The notes beneath the pieces are model-generated. The model ran no database searches. It was not told the DNA's origin and worked only from the letters and a program-made list of their open reading frames with translations. DNA of 64,000 bases from Candidatus Binatia bacterium (GTDB taxonomy: Bacteria > Desulfobacterota > Binatia > UBA9968 > JAJDTQ01), in contig OY762897.2 of the NCBI GenBank assembly GCA_963666515.2, positions 2,976,001-3,040,000 of the forward strand. The letters run 5' to 3'. Position 1 is the first letter of the stretch; every line of letters starts with the position of its first letter. The position numbers were made by a program, and so were the translations under genes. This document shows, in pieces, positions 10,240 through 21,302 of the stretch.

Positions 10240-10327
10240 CGTCAAGTCACTCTGCGCCAAGCGGGGAGTCAAGATGACCGACGCCATACGCGAACTGCTG
10301 GAGGACAAATTTGGCGAAGCGGAGTGA
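10238..10327 (+). pseudogene. 3' remnant of a ribbon-helix-helix (ParG-like) protein gene
   Basis: Frame reads NVKSLCAKRGVKMTDAIRELLEDKFGEAE*, like helices A and B of ParG-type RHH proteins. No 5' half; the stop overlaps the MTase start. Confidence 0.55.
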
Positions 10328-11099
10328 CATTCGTCGCGGACAACCTGAGTTGTCGTTTGACGCTGCCGAGCCGGCCGGGTCAGCCGCCGCCCATCCTCCA
10401 GAATCCGAGAAGCGAACGAAGCGCGTCGTTCGGAACGGGGCAGCGACAAATGCACTGGTCTTAAGCGCCTATGAAGAAGGGAACGACCAGATATTTCCAC
10501 GTATTCTCGCGTTGTATGTAAAGCCGGGCAGTATCGTCGCCGACGTAACCCACGGCAAAGGAGTCTTCTGGCGAAACATTCCGCCTGACCTGTACGACCT
10601 TCGTGCAACTGACATTCAGGACGGTGTTGACTGCCGGAGCCTTCCCTATGCCGATGGGACCATCGACTGTGTCGTCCTGGATCCTCCCTATATGCATACC
10701 CCGGGAGGAACCGCCCATCAGTCTCACTCGCCATTCGAGAGCTACTACGCCAACAACCGGTGCAAGGCACCCAGCAAAGCGAAATACCACGACGCCGTAC
10801 TGGAACTCTATCGGGAAGCCGCTCGCGAAGCCTACCGGGTGCTGCGTAAGCGAGGCGTCTTCATCGTGAAGTGCCAGGACGAAGTCTGCGCCAACCGGCA
10901 ACGCTTCACGCATGTCGAGATAATGGAAATGTGCCGCGGCATGAAATTCGTGGCTGAAGACCTGTTCGTCGCGGTTCGGAACAACCGTCCCGGCGTCAGC
11001 CGCGTCGTCAAGCAAGTCCACGCGCGCAAGAACCACTCCTATTTCCTCGTATTCTGGAAAAGCAACGGACGAGATCGTTTGTGGGAGCCACCGAGCTGA
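10311..11099 (+). CDS. Orphan amino (m6A/m4C) DNA methyltransferase, small phage/plasmid type
   Basis: SAM motif VADVTHGKG, catalytic VVLDPPY, and YRVLRKRGVFIVKCQD. Confidence 0.8.
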   Translation: MAKRSDIRRGQPELSFDAAEPAGSAAAHPPESEKRTKRVVRNGAATNALVLSAYEEGNDQIFPRILALYVKPGSIVADVTHGKGVFWRNIPPDLYDLRATDIQDGVDCRSLPYADGTIDCVVLDPPYMHTPGGTAHQSHSPFESYYANNRCKAPSKAKYHDAVLELYREAAREAYRVLRKRGVFIVKCQDEVCANRQRFTHVEIMEMCRGMKFVAEDLFVAVRNNRPGVSRVVKQVHARKNHSYFLVFWKSNGRDRLWEPPS

Positions 11100-11235
11100 A
11101 TCCCATCGACCTGATGGTGGCCGTGATTAGGGATCACCTCCCCGGAGTCGATCTGGAGAGGCTCACCACTGGAGGATACTGCCACGTCGGGAAAGCGGGC
11201 GGCCTGCCCTGGAGAGAGACCGCCCGCAAAGGAGT

Positions 11236-11580
11236 TTATGTTGCTGACGTCGCATTACCGCGATCAAGCAATGCAAGGATGCTGCCCAGCACTGCCAAGG
11301 CCATGAAGATGGCAACGAGTGTGCCACCAACGACCGCCGTAATGACCGACACTACCAACAGCAGGATGCTCGCCAGCTTGCCCTTGGCGGCGATTGTGGC
11401 CGCGCCCAACGCAATGACCAGGAACGAGCAGAAGACGCCAGCCCAGCCAAGGCCGACGACGGTATCCGCGCCTTCGGCTTCGAATGCCCCGCCGACGCCG
11501 CCGATGAACAGCGTGACGAAGGCCGCCATTACGGCCATCACGCCCGCCACGATACCGATGATTCCTCCAGCCTTTTTCAT
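11236..11580 (-). CDS. Small 3-4 TM membrane protein (DUF4064-like)
   Basis: 114 aa, almost entirely hydrophobic Gly/Ala-rich helices; RBS GAGGTG. Confidence 0.7.
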   Translation of the reverse strand: MKKAGGIIGIVAGVMAVMAAFVTLFIGGVGGAFEAEGADTVVGLGWAGVFCSFLVIALGAATIAAKGKLASILLLVVSVITAVVGGTLVAIFMALAVLGSILALLDRGNATSAT

Positions 11581-11584
11581 GACG

Positions 11585-11893
11585 TCACCTCGGCCGGATG
11601 CTGTACTTGATCTTCAAGTTCGCGTATGTGGGAACATCCATCGCCACGGCCTGAAGGGCATGCCCCTCGATGAACCCATTGGCGACGCCCAGGAACTTGT
11701 CCCCATCGTACAGTCGAATCGTGGCGCTGCCCTTGTCGCACGTAGCGCTGCCGTCGATGGAAACACCCATCGAGGACGCCGACGCCCGCCACGCCTCCAG
11801 ATCGCACTTGCCCACGTGATCATCGCAGGCTAGGGCCGTAGCGACACCAAGGAGCACCGTCGCAAGGACGACGGTGAGACAACCTGCTCTCAT
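11585..11893 (-). CDS. Small secreted beta-rich protein (FxLYD-like)
   Basis: Signal peptide ending ALA, motif TIRLYDGDKFLGVA, strong RBS GAGGAGGTG. Confidence 0.7.
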   Translation of the reverse strand: MRAGCLTVVLATVLLGVATALACDDHVGKCDLEAWRASASSMGVSIDGSATCDKGSATIRLYDGDKFLGVANGFIEGHALQAVAMDVPTYANLKIKYSIRPR

Positions 11894-11945
11894 TCTTCAC
11901 CTCCTCGCAGTTGGGGGCCATGTCCCGGCGGGATTGCCGGGCCAT

Positions 11946-12068
11946 GTGACCACTGCAACGGAGTTGAAGCGTTCCGCGTATTCGCCGGGCTTGGGGAGCG
12001 ACCCCTTGCCGGGTACAGGCTCTTGTATTCAGCGGATGACCCGACACGGGACTCCGCACAGTGGTCAC
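11946..12068 (-). ncRNA. Candidate structured 5' leader RNA (family not identified)
   Basis: Nested helices: GTGACCACTG/CAGTGGTCAC, CGGAGT/ACTCCG, TCCGC/GCGGA, plus three internal hairpins. G-U pairs favour the minus strand. Confidence 0.55.
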
Positions 12069-12075
12069 GGGTGAG

Positions 12076-12105
12076 ACGCTAGGACAGATGTTGGCGGGTT
12101 GTCAA
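12076..12105 (-). promoter_or_regulatory. Predicted sigma70 promoter
   Basis: TTGACA (12105-12100), 18-nt spacer, TAGCGT (12081-12076); predicted +1 near 12069. Confidence 0.55.
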
Positions 12106-12570
12106 GTACCCAAATGGAGGGAGGGAATCGGGACGAAGCACCCCGACAGCAAGACGCCAAAGACGCTGGAAAGATACTACAGAGACGGACCCGATGAAGG
12201 CCGTGGACGACTTGCTGGAGCGAGTGCTGGCGGGAGCGGGAGTTAGGAAGCCGGATGTTTCCCCGGAACCTCAAGAGACCTGAAACAGAAGGTCGCCGAC
12301 GACCATTTCACTGACGCGCCACAGCGCTTGAATCTGCCCGTCCATCAGAAGATCGCACTTCTGCGACCCCTGATTCCAGCGGGCCCTACCCCGAAGTTCA
12401 GGCTTTCCTTGCGGCGCACGAAAATCACAGTCTCCGTGCAACAAGCAGTAACCACATCGCGGATGGCATTGAGGAAAGTCGACCTGGAAGGCCAGTACAA
12501 GCCAGCAGCCGTCAGCGTCAGGTGAATAACTATCTGTGCACTGGACCCGTCAACGTTTCGCCGTTCCACC

Positions 12571-12948
12571 TCACTTCTTCGTTCCAGCACCCTCTTCCAG
12601 CTGCTTCCTTAGTTTCTCCAGTTGCGTGCTCGTCCTCGCGTGCAAGGCTTGTATACAATTCACCTGTTTCCCCACATTTCTCGCCTCGCCTCCGCATTCT
12701 GACACTTCAGCCCAACTAGTCGAAGGCAGCTCTCCACGCTGTCGTTCAATAGCTGTTCTTTTCGCAACCTCCCTCTTCAGTTCTCTTTGAACTTCCTCTA
12801 GCCGTCGCTGCAAGTCTTCATTCTCACCCCTCAGCGTCGCCAGCGAACCCACCATATTGATGATTACGATAACCAAAACGATCATTGTCGCAAAAACCGC
12901 TGTGCGACTCCCCAACTTGTCGAGCCATGCCTTAATCGCCACTCTCAT
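12571..12948 (-). CDS. Hypothetical single-TM coiled-coil protein
   Basis: N-terminal TM helix, heptad-like segment and a Cys pair; overlaps the upstream gene. Confidence 0.6.
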   Translation of the reverse strand: MRVAIKAWLDKLGSRTAVFATMIVLVIVIINMVGSLATLRGENEDLQRRLEEVQRELKREVAKRTAIERQRGELPSTSWAEVSECGGEARNVGKQVNCIQALHARTSTQLEKLRKQLEEGAGTKK

Positions 12949-13690
12949 CGCCGAACACCTTTCTGAGTTCCCGCCCCAGGATCTCGTCTGCGGTTCGTCC
13001 TTGCGTTATCGTATAATAGCTCGATAGAAACGACGCTAACCCCAAGAAAATTACGTACAGCGCTCTCGTTGACGCTGCCTCGCCATCCTCCATCGGTGTT
13101 GGCCCGTGACCGGCCGTCAGCAGAAAGTACGACACGAAATCTAAAATCAAAGACGCTGTAACTAGTACTGGCCATCGACTCTTCGGCGCGTGTTCTTGGA
13201 GAAAAAAAGATAATTCCATACCAATCATTAACAAAATCAACGCTCTGGTGGCGGCAAAGGACAACTCATAACGAACCGCCACGGTCTCCGCCTCGGGTGC
13301 TGTAATCACCTGTGCAGATAGCACCAATAGTATCGACGCCGCCGGCAGAATCCACTTGGCGAAACTCCTAGGCACTGAGTCCATAGTCGAGTAGTATTGA
13401 CTGTAAACTTCTTCGTAGTCACTCTCTAATTGCTGCTTATACGAATATGATTTGACCAAAATCACGCCGTAAAAAACGATCAGGACAGCAGTCGTACTAT
13501 ATATTGCTTCGGCTTTAGTACCAAGGCCCAAAACAAGAAGGACATCGGAGAAAAAAGAGAGGTACACCACAAGACCGATGACGCATAAAACCAAGAAACC
13601 GGCGGCCGCAGAACTCGCAGTGTCTGTTTCGGTGGCCTCAACTTCATCAACTACGTCAGCACTTTCGTCTGTCAATTTTTCCTCAGGCAT
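12932..13690 (-). CDS. Hypothetical multi-TM membrane protein
   Basis: 252-aa ORF in visibly AT-richer DNA, about 6 hydrophobic segments, acidic N-terminus. Confidence 0.7.
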   Translation of the reverse strand: MPEEKLTDESADVVDEVEATETDTASSAAAGFLVLCVIGLVVYLSFFSDVLLVLGLGTKAEAIYSTTAVLIVFYGVILVKSYSYKQQLESDYEEVYSQYYSTMDSVPRSFAKWILPAASILLVLSAQVITAPEAETVAVRYELSFAATRALILLMIGMELSFFLQEHAPKSRWPVLVTASLILDFVSYFLLTAGHGPTPMEDGEAASTRALYVIFLGLASFLSSYYTITQGRTADEILGRELRKVFGDESGD

Positions 13691-13885
13691 CGGACACCCA
13701 CTTCATGATCTTGTTGCCATACAAAATGGCCGTAGACTACGGTTGAAACTAACACGCGGCTTAACGTATCACATCGTCCGAATGGGGGCGCAACCTTTAG
13801 TTCGGAGGGGTTGAGAGAGGGGATAAGCGCGTTAATCACGAGTTTTGGCAGAAGAACCAATCATCGGCATCGTGATGCTCGGCCC

Positions 13886-15313
13886 TCACCGCCTACTCAC
13901 CGCCTCGAACAAATGCAACTGCGGCGTCTTCCCGTTGTCGTCCGCCCGCACGGGGTAGTTGGCGGTGAAGCAGGCGTCGCAGTAGCCGGTGTCGTCGCCC
14001 TTGAAGAAGGCGTAGAGGCCCTGGCGGCTGAGGTAGGCGAGGGAGTCGGCGCCGATGAAGGCCTGGATGCCTTCGACGGAGTGGACGGAGGCGATGAGTT
14101 CCTTGTGGGTGGGGGTGTCGATGCCGTAGTAGCAGGGGCTGATGGTGGGAGGGGAGCTGATGCGGACGTGGACTTCGGTGGCCCCGGCCTCCCGCAGCAT
14201 GCGGATGATCTTCTGGCTGGTGGTGCCGCGTACGATGGAGTCGTCCACCACCACCACGCGCTTGCCCTGGAGCACCTCGCGCATGGCGTTGAGCTTGATC
14301 TTGACGCCGAAGTTGCGGATGTGCTGCTGCGGCTCGATGAAGGTGCGGCCGACGTAGTGGTTGCGGATCAGGGCGAGGTCGAGGGGGATGCCCGACTGTT
14401 CGGCGTAGCCGATGGCGGCGGGCACGCCCGAGTCGGGCACCGGGGTCACCAGGTCGGCGTCCACGTGGCTTTCGCGGGCAAGCTGGCGGCCCAGTTCCTT
14501 GCGGTACTGGTAGACGCTGTGGCCGAAGACGTTGCTGTCGGGCCGGGAAAAGTAGATGGACTCGAAGATGCACCGGGCGGGCGGAGTCTCCGGGAAGGGT
14601 CTGAGGGACTCCATGCCCTCCCGGCCGAAGACCAGCACCTCGCCGGGCTCCACCTCGCGCACGTACTCGGCCTCGATCAGGTCCAGCACGCAGGTTTCCG
14701 ACGCCACCACGTAGGACTGGGAGTTGCCGGATCGGGGGAACCGGCCCAGGATCAGCGGCCGGAAACCCGCGGGGTCGCGGGCGGCGATCATCGTGCCGGC
14801 GGTGAGGAATACGAGCGAGTAGGAGCCCTTGACCTGGTGGAGAGCGTCGATGACCCGGTCCGTCAGGGTCTTTTCCCGCGAGGTGGCGATGAGGTGGATG
14901 ATCACCTCGGTGTCGGAGGTGGACTGGAAGATGGAACCGGACTCCTCCAGTTGCTCCCGGAGCTGGTTGGCGTTGATCAGGTTGCCGTTGTGAGACACGG
15001 CGATGGGGCCGTCCGCGTACTCCACCACGAACGGCTGGGCGTTCTTGATGTCGGTTTGCCCGCTGGTGGAATAGCGGTTGTGCCCGATGGCCGAGGTTCC
15101 CTGCAGGTTCTTGATGATGTCCTCTTTGAAGATGTCGGCCACCAGACCCATCTGGCGGTGCGAGATGAGCGCGCCGCCGTCGGACGACACGATGCCCGAG
15201 GACTCCTGGCCGCGGTGCTGCAGCGCGTAGAGCCCCAAGTACACCATGTTGGCGGCTTCCCGGTGGCCATAGACTCCGACCACCGCGCATTCTTCGTGGA
15301 ACTTGTCGAACAT
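13886..15313 (-). CDS. purF: Amidophosphoribosyltransferase
   Basis: EECAVVG, LQHRGQES, GHNRYST, VDDSIVRGTT and CDACF. Confidence 0.97.
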   Translation of the reverse strand: MFDKFHEECAVVGVYGHREAANMVYLGLYALQHRGQESSGIVSSDGGALISHRQMGLVADIFKEDIIKNLQGTSAIGHNRYSTSGQTDIKNAQPFVVEYADGPIAVSHNGNLINANQLREQLEESGSIFQSTSDTEVIIHLIATSREKTLTDRVIDALHQVKGSYSLVFLTAGTMIAARDPAGFRPLILGRFPRSGNSQSYVVASETCVLDLIEAEYVREVEPGEVLVFGREGMESLRPFPETPPARCIFESIYFSRPDSNVFGHSVYQYRKELGRQLARESHVDADLVTPVPDSGVPAAIGYAEQSGIPLDLALIRNHYVGRTFIEPQQHIRNFGVKIKLNAMREVLQGKRVVVVDDSIVRGTTSQKIIRMLREAGATEVHVRISSPPTISPCYYGIDTPTHKELIASVHSVEGIQAFIGADSLAYLSRQGLYAFFKGDDTGYCDACFTANYPVRADDNGKTPQLHLFEAVSRR

Positions 15314-15340
15314 GACGTCCCTGCTACGCAACAAACCCGT

Positions 15341-17550
<2,210 letters not shown>

Positions 17551-17554
<4 letters not shown>

Positions 17555-18255
17555 GCGCCGCTCCCGCGTGCGATCTCAGCGGCCATGGAAGAGAATATCT
17601 TGAGGCCGCTCACGCCGCCGAGGACGGCCTCGGTGGCGTCCTCGGGATGGGGCATCAGCCCGAACACGTTGCGTTGGCGGTTGCAGATGCCGGCGATGCC
17701 GTCCACCGAGCCGTTGGGGTTGGCCTCGTCTGAGACCTCGCCCGCGGCGTCGGCGTAGCGCAGCAGCACCTGCCCGTTGTCGTCCAAATCCCTGAGGGTG
17801 GCGGCGTCGGCGTGGTAGCGGCCTTCGCCGTGCTTCACCGGCATCTCCAGCAACTCGCCGGGTTGCGCCAGACGGGTGAACGGGGAGCGGTTGTCTTCGA
17901 CCCGGAGATGCACCCGCCGGCACACGAAGCGCAGAGAGGCATTGCGGGTCAAAGCCCCGGGCAGCAGCCCGGACTCGCAGAGGATCTGGAAGCCGTTGCA
18001 GATGCCGAGCACCAGCCCGCCGGCCCGGGCGAACTCGACGATGCCCTGCATCACCGGCGAGAAGCGGGCCATGGCCCCGGCCCGCAGGTAGTCGCCGTAG
18101 GAGAAGCCGCCCGGCAGCACGACACCGTCGCAGCCGCCGTCAAAGGGGTCCTTGTGCCAGAGCGTGCAGACGTCCTGCCCGAGCACGTTACGCAGGCAAT
18201 GGACGACATCGTCGTCGTCGCAAGAGCCGGGAAAGACGGCTACGCCCCAACGCAT
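17551..18255 (-). CDS. purQ: FGAM synthase glutaminase subunit PurQ
   Basis: [20 protein letters not shown] and MPHPE. Confidence 0.96.
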
Positions 18256-18258
18256 GGG

Positions 18259-18510
18259 CTATTCCGCGGTTCCCGCGATCTCGAAGCGGTAGTCTTCGAT
18301 GACGGGGTTGGCCAGGAGCTTGTCGCACATGCGGCGGGCCTGCTCCTCCGCGTCATCGGCCCCGTCCGCGTCCAGTTGAAGCTCCAGGTACTTTCCCACC
18401 CGCACGTCCTGCACCGCGCCGAAGCCGAGGCTGTGGAGCGAGTTCTGCACCGCCTTGCCCTGGGGGTCCAGGACGCCCTCCTTGAGGGTCACGAAGACTT
18501 TGACGAGCAT
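18259..18510 (-). CDS. purS: FGAM synthase subunit PurS
   Basis: VLDPQG and LLANPVIE. Confidence 0.96.
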   Translation of the reverse strand: MLVKVFVTLKEGVLDPQGKAVQNSLHSLGFGAVQDVRVGKYLELQLDADGADDAEEQARRMCDKLLANPVIEDYRFEIAGTAE

Positions 18511-18540
18511 GGTTGGTGCGGACCCCCACCCGCCCCCACC

Positions 18541-18572
18541 CCTGGATTCCGGGTCAAGCCCGGAATGACGGG
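18541..18572. repeat. REP-like family 1 variant
   Basis: CCTGGATTCCGGGTCAAGCCCGGAATGACGGG between purC and purS. Confidence 0.75.
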
Positions 18573-18601
18573 TGGGTGGGCAGGGGGTTGCAGCAGGCCG
18601 A

Positions 18602-19309
18602 CTAGCTGCCGGTCACCCGGCGGCAGACTTCCTGGTATGCCTCCTCGACGCCGCCCAGGTCGCGGCGGAAGCGGTCCTTGTCCATCTTCTCCAGGGAGCC
18701 CTTCTGCCAGAAACGACACGTATCGGGGCAGATCTCGTCGGCCAGGACGACCTGGTCTCCGCGCTTGCCGAACTCGAGCTTGAAGTCCACCAGGATCAGG
18801 TCCCGCTCGTCGAAGAACGCCGTCATCAGCTCGTTGATGCGGAAGGTGAGACGCTTGATCTCCGCCAACTCCTCCGCGGTGGCATAGCCCAAGGCGAGGA
18901 TGTGGTAGTCGTTGATGATCGGGTCATCCAACTCGTCGCACTTGTAGCAGAACTCCAGGATGGTAGTGGACAGCGACTGCCCCTCCTCCAGCCCCAGCCG
19001 CTTGGCCATGCTGCCGGCGACGATGTTGCGGATGATGACCTCGATGGGCAGCATGTCCAGCTTCCACACCAGCATCTCCCGCTCGTCGAGGCGATCCAGG
19101 AAGTGAGTCGGCACGCCGTTGTCCTCCAGGTGCTTGAACAGCACCTCGGAGATGGCGTTGTTGACGATCCCCTTGGACATCACGGTGCCGAGCTTCTTCT
19201 TGTTGAAGGCGCTGGCGTCGTCCTTGAAGAACTGGATCATCTTGGCGGGATCGTCGGTGGCGTAGAGCTTCTTCGCCTTCCCCTCGTACATGAACTCGCG
19301 CTTTTCCAT
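18602..19309 (-). CDS. purC: SAICAR synthetase
   Basis: YEGKAK, LVDFKLEFG, LADEICPDTCRFW and DKDRFR. Confidence 0.96.
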   Translation of the reverse strand: MEKREFMYEGKAKKLYATDDPAKMIQFFKDDASAFNKKKLGTVMSKGIVNNAISEVLFKHLEDNGVPTHFLDRLDEREMLVWKLDMLPIEVIIRNIVAGSMAKRLGLEEGQSLSTTILEFCYKCDELDDPIINDYHILALGYATAEELAEIKRLTFRINELMTAFFDERDLILVDFKLEFGKRGDQVVLADEICPDTCRFWQKGSLEKMDKDRFRRDLGGVEEAYQEVCRRVTGS

Positions 19310-19365
19310 CTTTCTCCTCGTGCGCGTGCGGCCCCGTATTGAACCCGGTCCGGCGAAGCTGCCGC

Positions 19366-20664
19366 TCACGCTTCGCCGAACACCCTGTCGAAGATCGTTT
19401 CCACGTGTTTGAGGCAGTCCTTGAGATCCCAGATGTCGTCGATCTCCCCTGCGGTCAGGTGCTCCATCACCGCCATGTCTTCCAGGAGCTGCTGCTTGAG
19501 GTCGGTTCCCTCCTTGGCGGCCCGGAGGCCGTGCCGCTGCACGGTCTTGTAGGCCATGTCCCGGGCCATCCCCTTCTCCACCAGGAGCAGGAGCACGCCC
19601 TGGGAGAACACCGCGCCGCCGCTCAACTTCATGTTGCGCTCCATGTTATCGGGGTAAACGCACAGGTTGCGGATCACGTGGGTCATCCGGTGAAGCATGA
19701 AGTGCACCAGGATCGTGGCGTCCGGACCGATGACCCGTTCCACCGACGAGTGGCTGATGTCCCGCTCGTGCCAGAGGGCCACGTTCTCCAGCGCCGACAC
19801 CGAGTAGGAGCGCACCAGCCGCGCCAGACCGCAGACGTTCTCGGTGAGGATGGGGTTGCGCTTGTGGGGCATGGCCGACGAGCCCATCTGCGTCGCCGCG
19901 AACGGTTCCTCGGCTTCCAGCACCTCGGTGCGCTGGAGATGGCGGATCTCCACCGCGAACTTCTCGATGGAGCTGGCGAGCACGGCCAGGACGCTGAAGA
20001 AGTAGGCGTGGCGGTCGCGCTGCACGATCTGGTTCGACACCGGGTCCGGGGTGATGCCGGCGGCCTTGCACACGTACGCCTCCACCTCCGGCGGGACCTG
20101 CGCGTACGTGCCCACGGCTCCGGAGATGATGCCGCAGCCGATCTCGCCGGCGGCGCCCTCCAGCCGCGCCAGGTTCCGGCGCATCTCCTCGTGCCACAGC
20201 GCCATCTTGAGGCCGAAGGTGATGGGCTCCGCGTGGATGCCGTGGGTGCGGCCCATCATCGGCGTGTCCTTGTAGCGGAACGCCTGCTCCCGCAACACCG
20301 AGAGGAACTCCCGCACGGAGTTCAGCAGAAGCTCGCTGGCGTCCTTGAGCTGCAGCGAGAACCCGGTGTCCATGACGTCCGAGGAGGTCATGCCCACGTG
20401 CACGAAGCGGGCGTCGTCGCCGATGGACTCGGCCAGGCAGCGCAGGAACGCGATCACCTCGTGGTGGACCTCGCGCTCGATCTCGCGGATGCGGGCGACG
20501 TCGATACGGGCGTTCTGCCGGATGCGCGCCGGCGCGTCCACCGGAACCTTGCCCATCTCCGCCAAGGCTTCCGTGGCCAGGATCTCGATCTCCAGCCACT
20601 TGTCGAAGCGGTTCTCCTCGGACCATATCCGCGCCATCTCGGGGCGTGTGTAGCGGTCGATCAT
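19366..20664 (-). CDS. purB: Adenylosuccinate lyase
   Basis: MIDRY, GRTHGIHAEP and GSSAMPHKRNP. Confidence 0.97.
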   Translation of the reverse strand: MIDRYTRPEMARIWSEENRFDKWLEIEILATEALAEMGKVPVDAPARIRQNARIDVARIREIEREVHHEVIAFLRCLAESIGDDARFVHVGMTSSDVMDTGFSLQLKDASELLLNSVREFLSVLREQAFRYKDTPMMGRTHGIHAEPITFGLKMALWHEEMRRNLARLEGAAGEIGCGIISGAVGTYAQVPPEVEAYVCKAAGITPDPVSNQIVQRDRHAYFFSVLAVLASSIEKFAVEIRHLQRTEVLEAEEPFAATQMGSSAMPHKRNPILTENVCGLARLVRSYSVSALENVALWHERDISHSSVERVIGPDATILVHFMLHRMTHVIRNLCVYPDNMERNMKLSGGAVFSQGVLLLLVEKGMARDMAYKTVQRHGLRAAKEGTDLKQQLLEDMAVMEHLTAGEIDDIWDLKDCLKHVETIFDRVFGEA

Positions 20665-20700
20665 CTTACACGTGTGCCGTGGGTTGCAAGGGTTTCACGC

Positions 20701-20747
20701 CCTTCGACTGCGCTTCGCTGACGCTCCGCCACGCTCGGTGACGAACC
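20701..20747. repeat. REP-like family 2, degenerate copy
   Basis: CCTTCGACTGCGCT...ACGCTCGGTGACGAACC. Confidence 0.5.
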
Positions 20748-20776
20748 GAAATGGCGCCATCTCGACCGACGGAGCC

Positions 20777-21271
20777 TCACGGCTCGTTGGCATCGTCGGG
20801 AGGGGCCGCCACCGGTTCCTCCGCGTCCGTATGGCCGAACCCGCCGGCTTCCCGCGTCGATGCAGGCAACTCGTCCACTTCCTCCCAGCGCACCCGGGGG
20901 ACCGGCTGCACCACCATCTGAGCGATGCGGTCTCCGTGCCGGATGGTCACGGGCTCCGTGCCCAGGTTGATCATAGCCAGTTGGACCTCGCCGCGGTAGT
21001 CCGAGTCGATGGTGCCGGGGCTGTTCACCAGAGTCACGCCCTGCTTGAGCGCCAGGCCGCTCCGGGGCCGTATCTGGGCTTCGTAACCCGCGGGCAGCGC
21101 CAGCGCGAATCCCGTCGGTATGAGCGCCCGTTCCAGCGGCGCCAGCACGACGTCGTCCTCGAGCGCCGCCGCCACGTCCAGTCCCACCGAGCCGCCGGTC
21201 ATGTACCGTGGCAACGGCACCGCGGCCTTGCCGTGGCGCACCCGCTTGATCTGGACCCTGACTTCGGCCAT
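20777..21271 (-). CDS. dut: dUTPase
   Basis: QIRPRSGLA, GTIDSDYRGE and GGFGHT. Confidence 0.96.
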   Translation of the reverse strand: MAEVRVQIKRVRHGKAAVPLPRYMTGGSVGLDVAAALEDDVVLAPLERALIPTGFALALPAGYEAQIRPRSGLALKQGVTLVNSPGTIDSDYRGEVQLAMINLGTEPVTIRHGDRIAQMVVQPVPRVRWEEVDELPASTREAGGFGHTDAEEPVAAPPDDANEP

Positions 21272-21302
21272 GAGCCTGGAGGACTCTGAAACAACTGGAA
21301 CG

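Noticed and set aside
11946-12068. Calling the structured RNA a retron msr-msd, a tRNA or a standard c-di-AMP riboswitch
   Set aside because: No reverse transcriptase in the window, no T-loop or CCA for a tRNA, and the ydaO 5' elements are missing or out of order. Kept as unidentified.
12114-12283. Possible tyrosine integrase C-terminal remnant (KHPDSKTPKTLERYY)
   Set aside because: The His-Tyr spacing does not match the motif, and no other integrase motifs are present.
12271-12570. Possible frameshifted gene remnant on the minus strand (...ARWNQGSQKCDLLMDGQIQALWRVSEMVVGDLLFQVS*)
   Set aside because: Protein-like but without a start codon or recognisable family, so it cannot be supported without a search.
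13759-13837. attC-like ends GCTTAAC...GTTAATC
   Set aside because: Internal pairing is poor, the right core deviates from GTTRRRY, no plus-strand cassette ends here, and there is no integron integrase.
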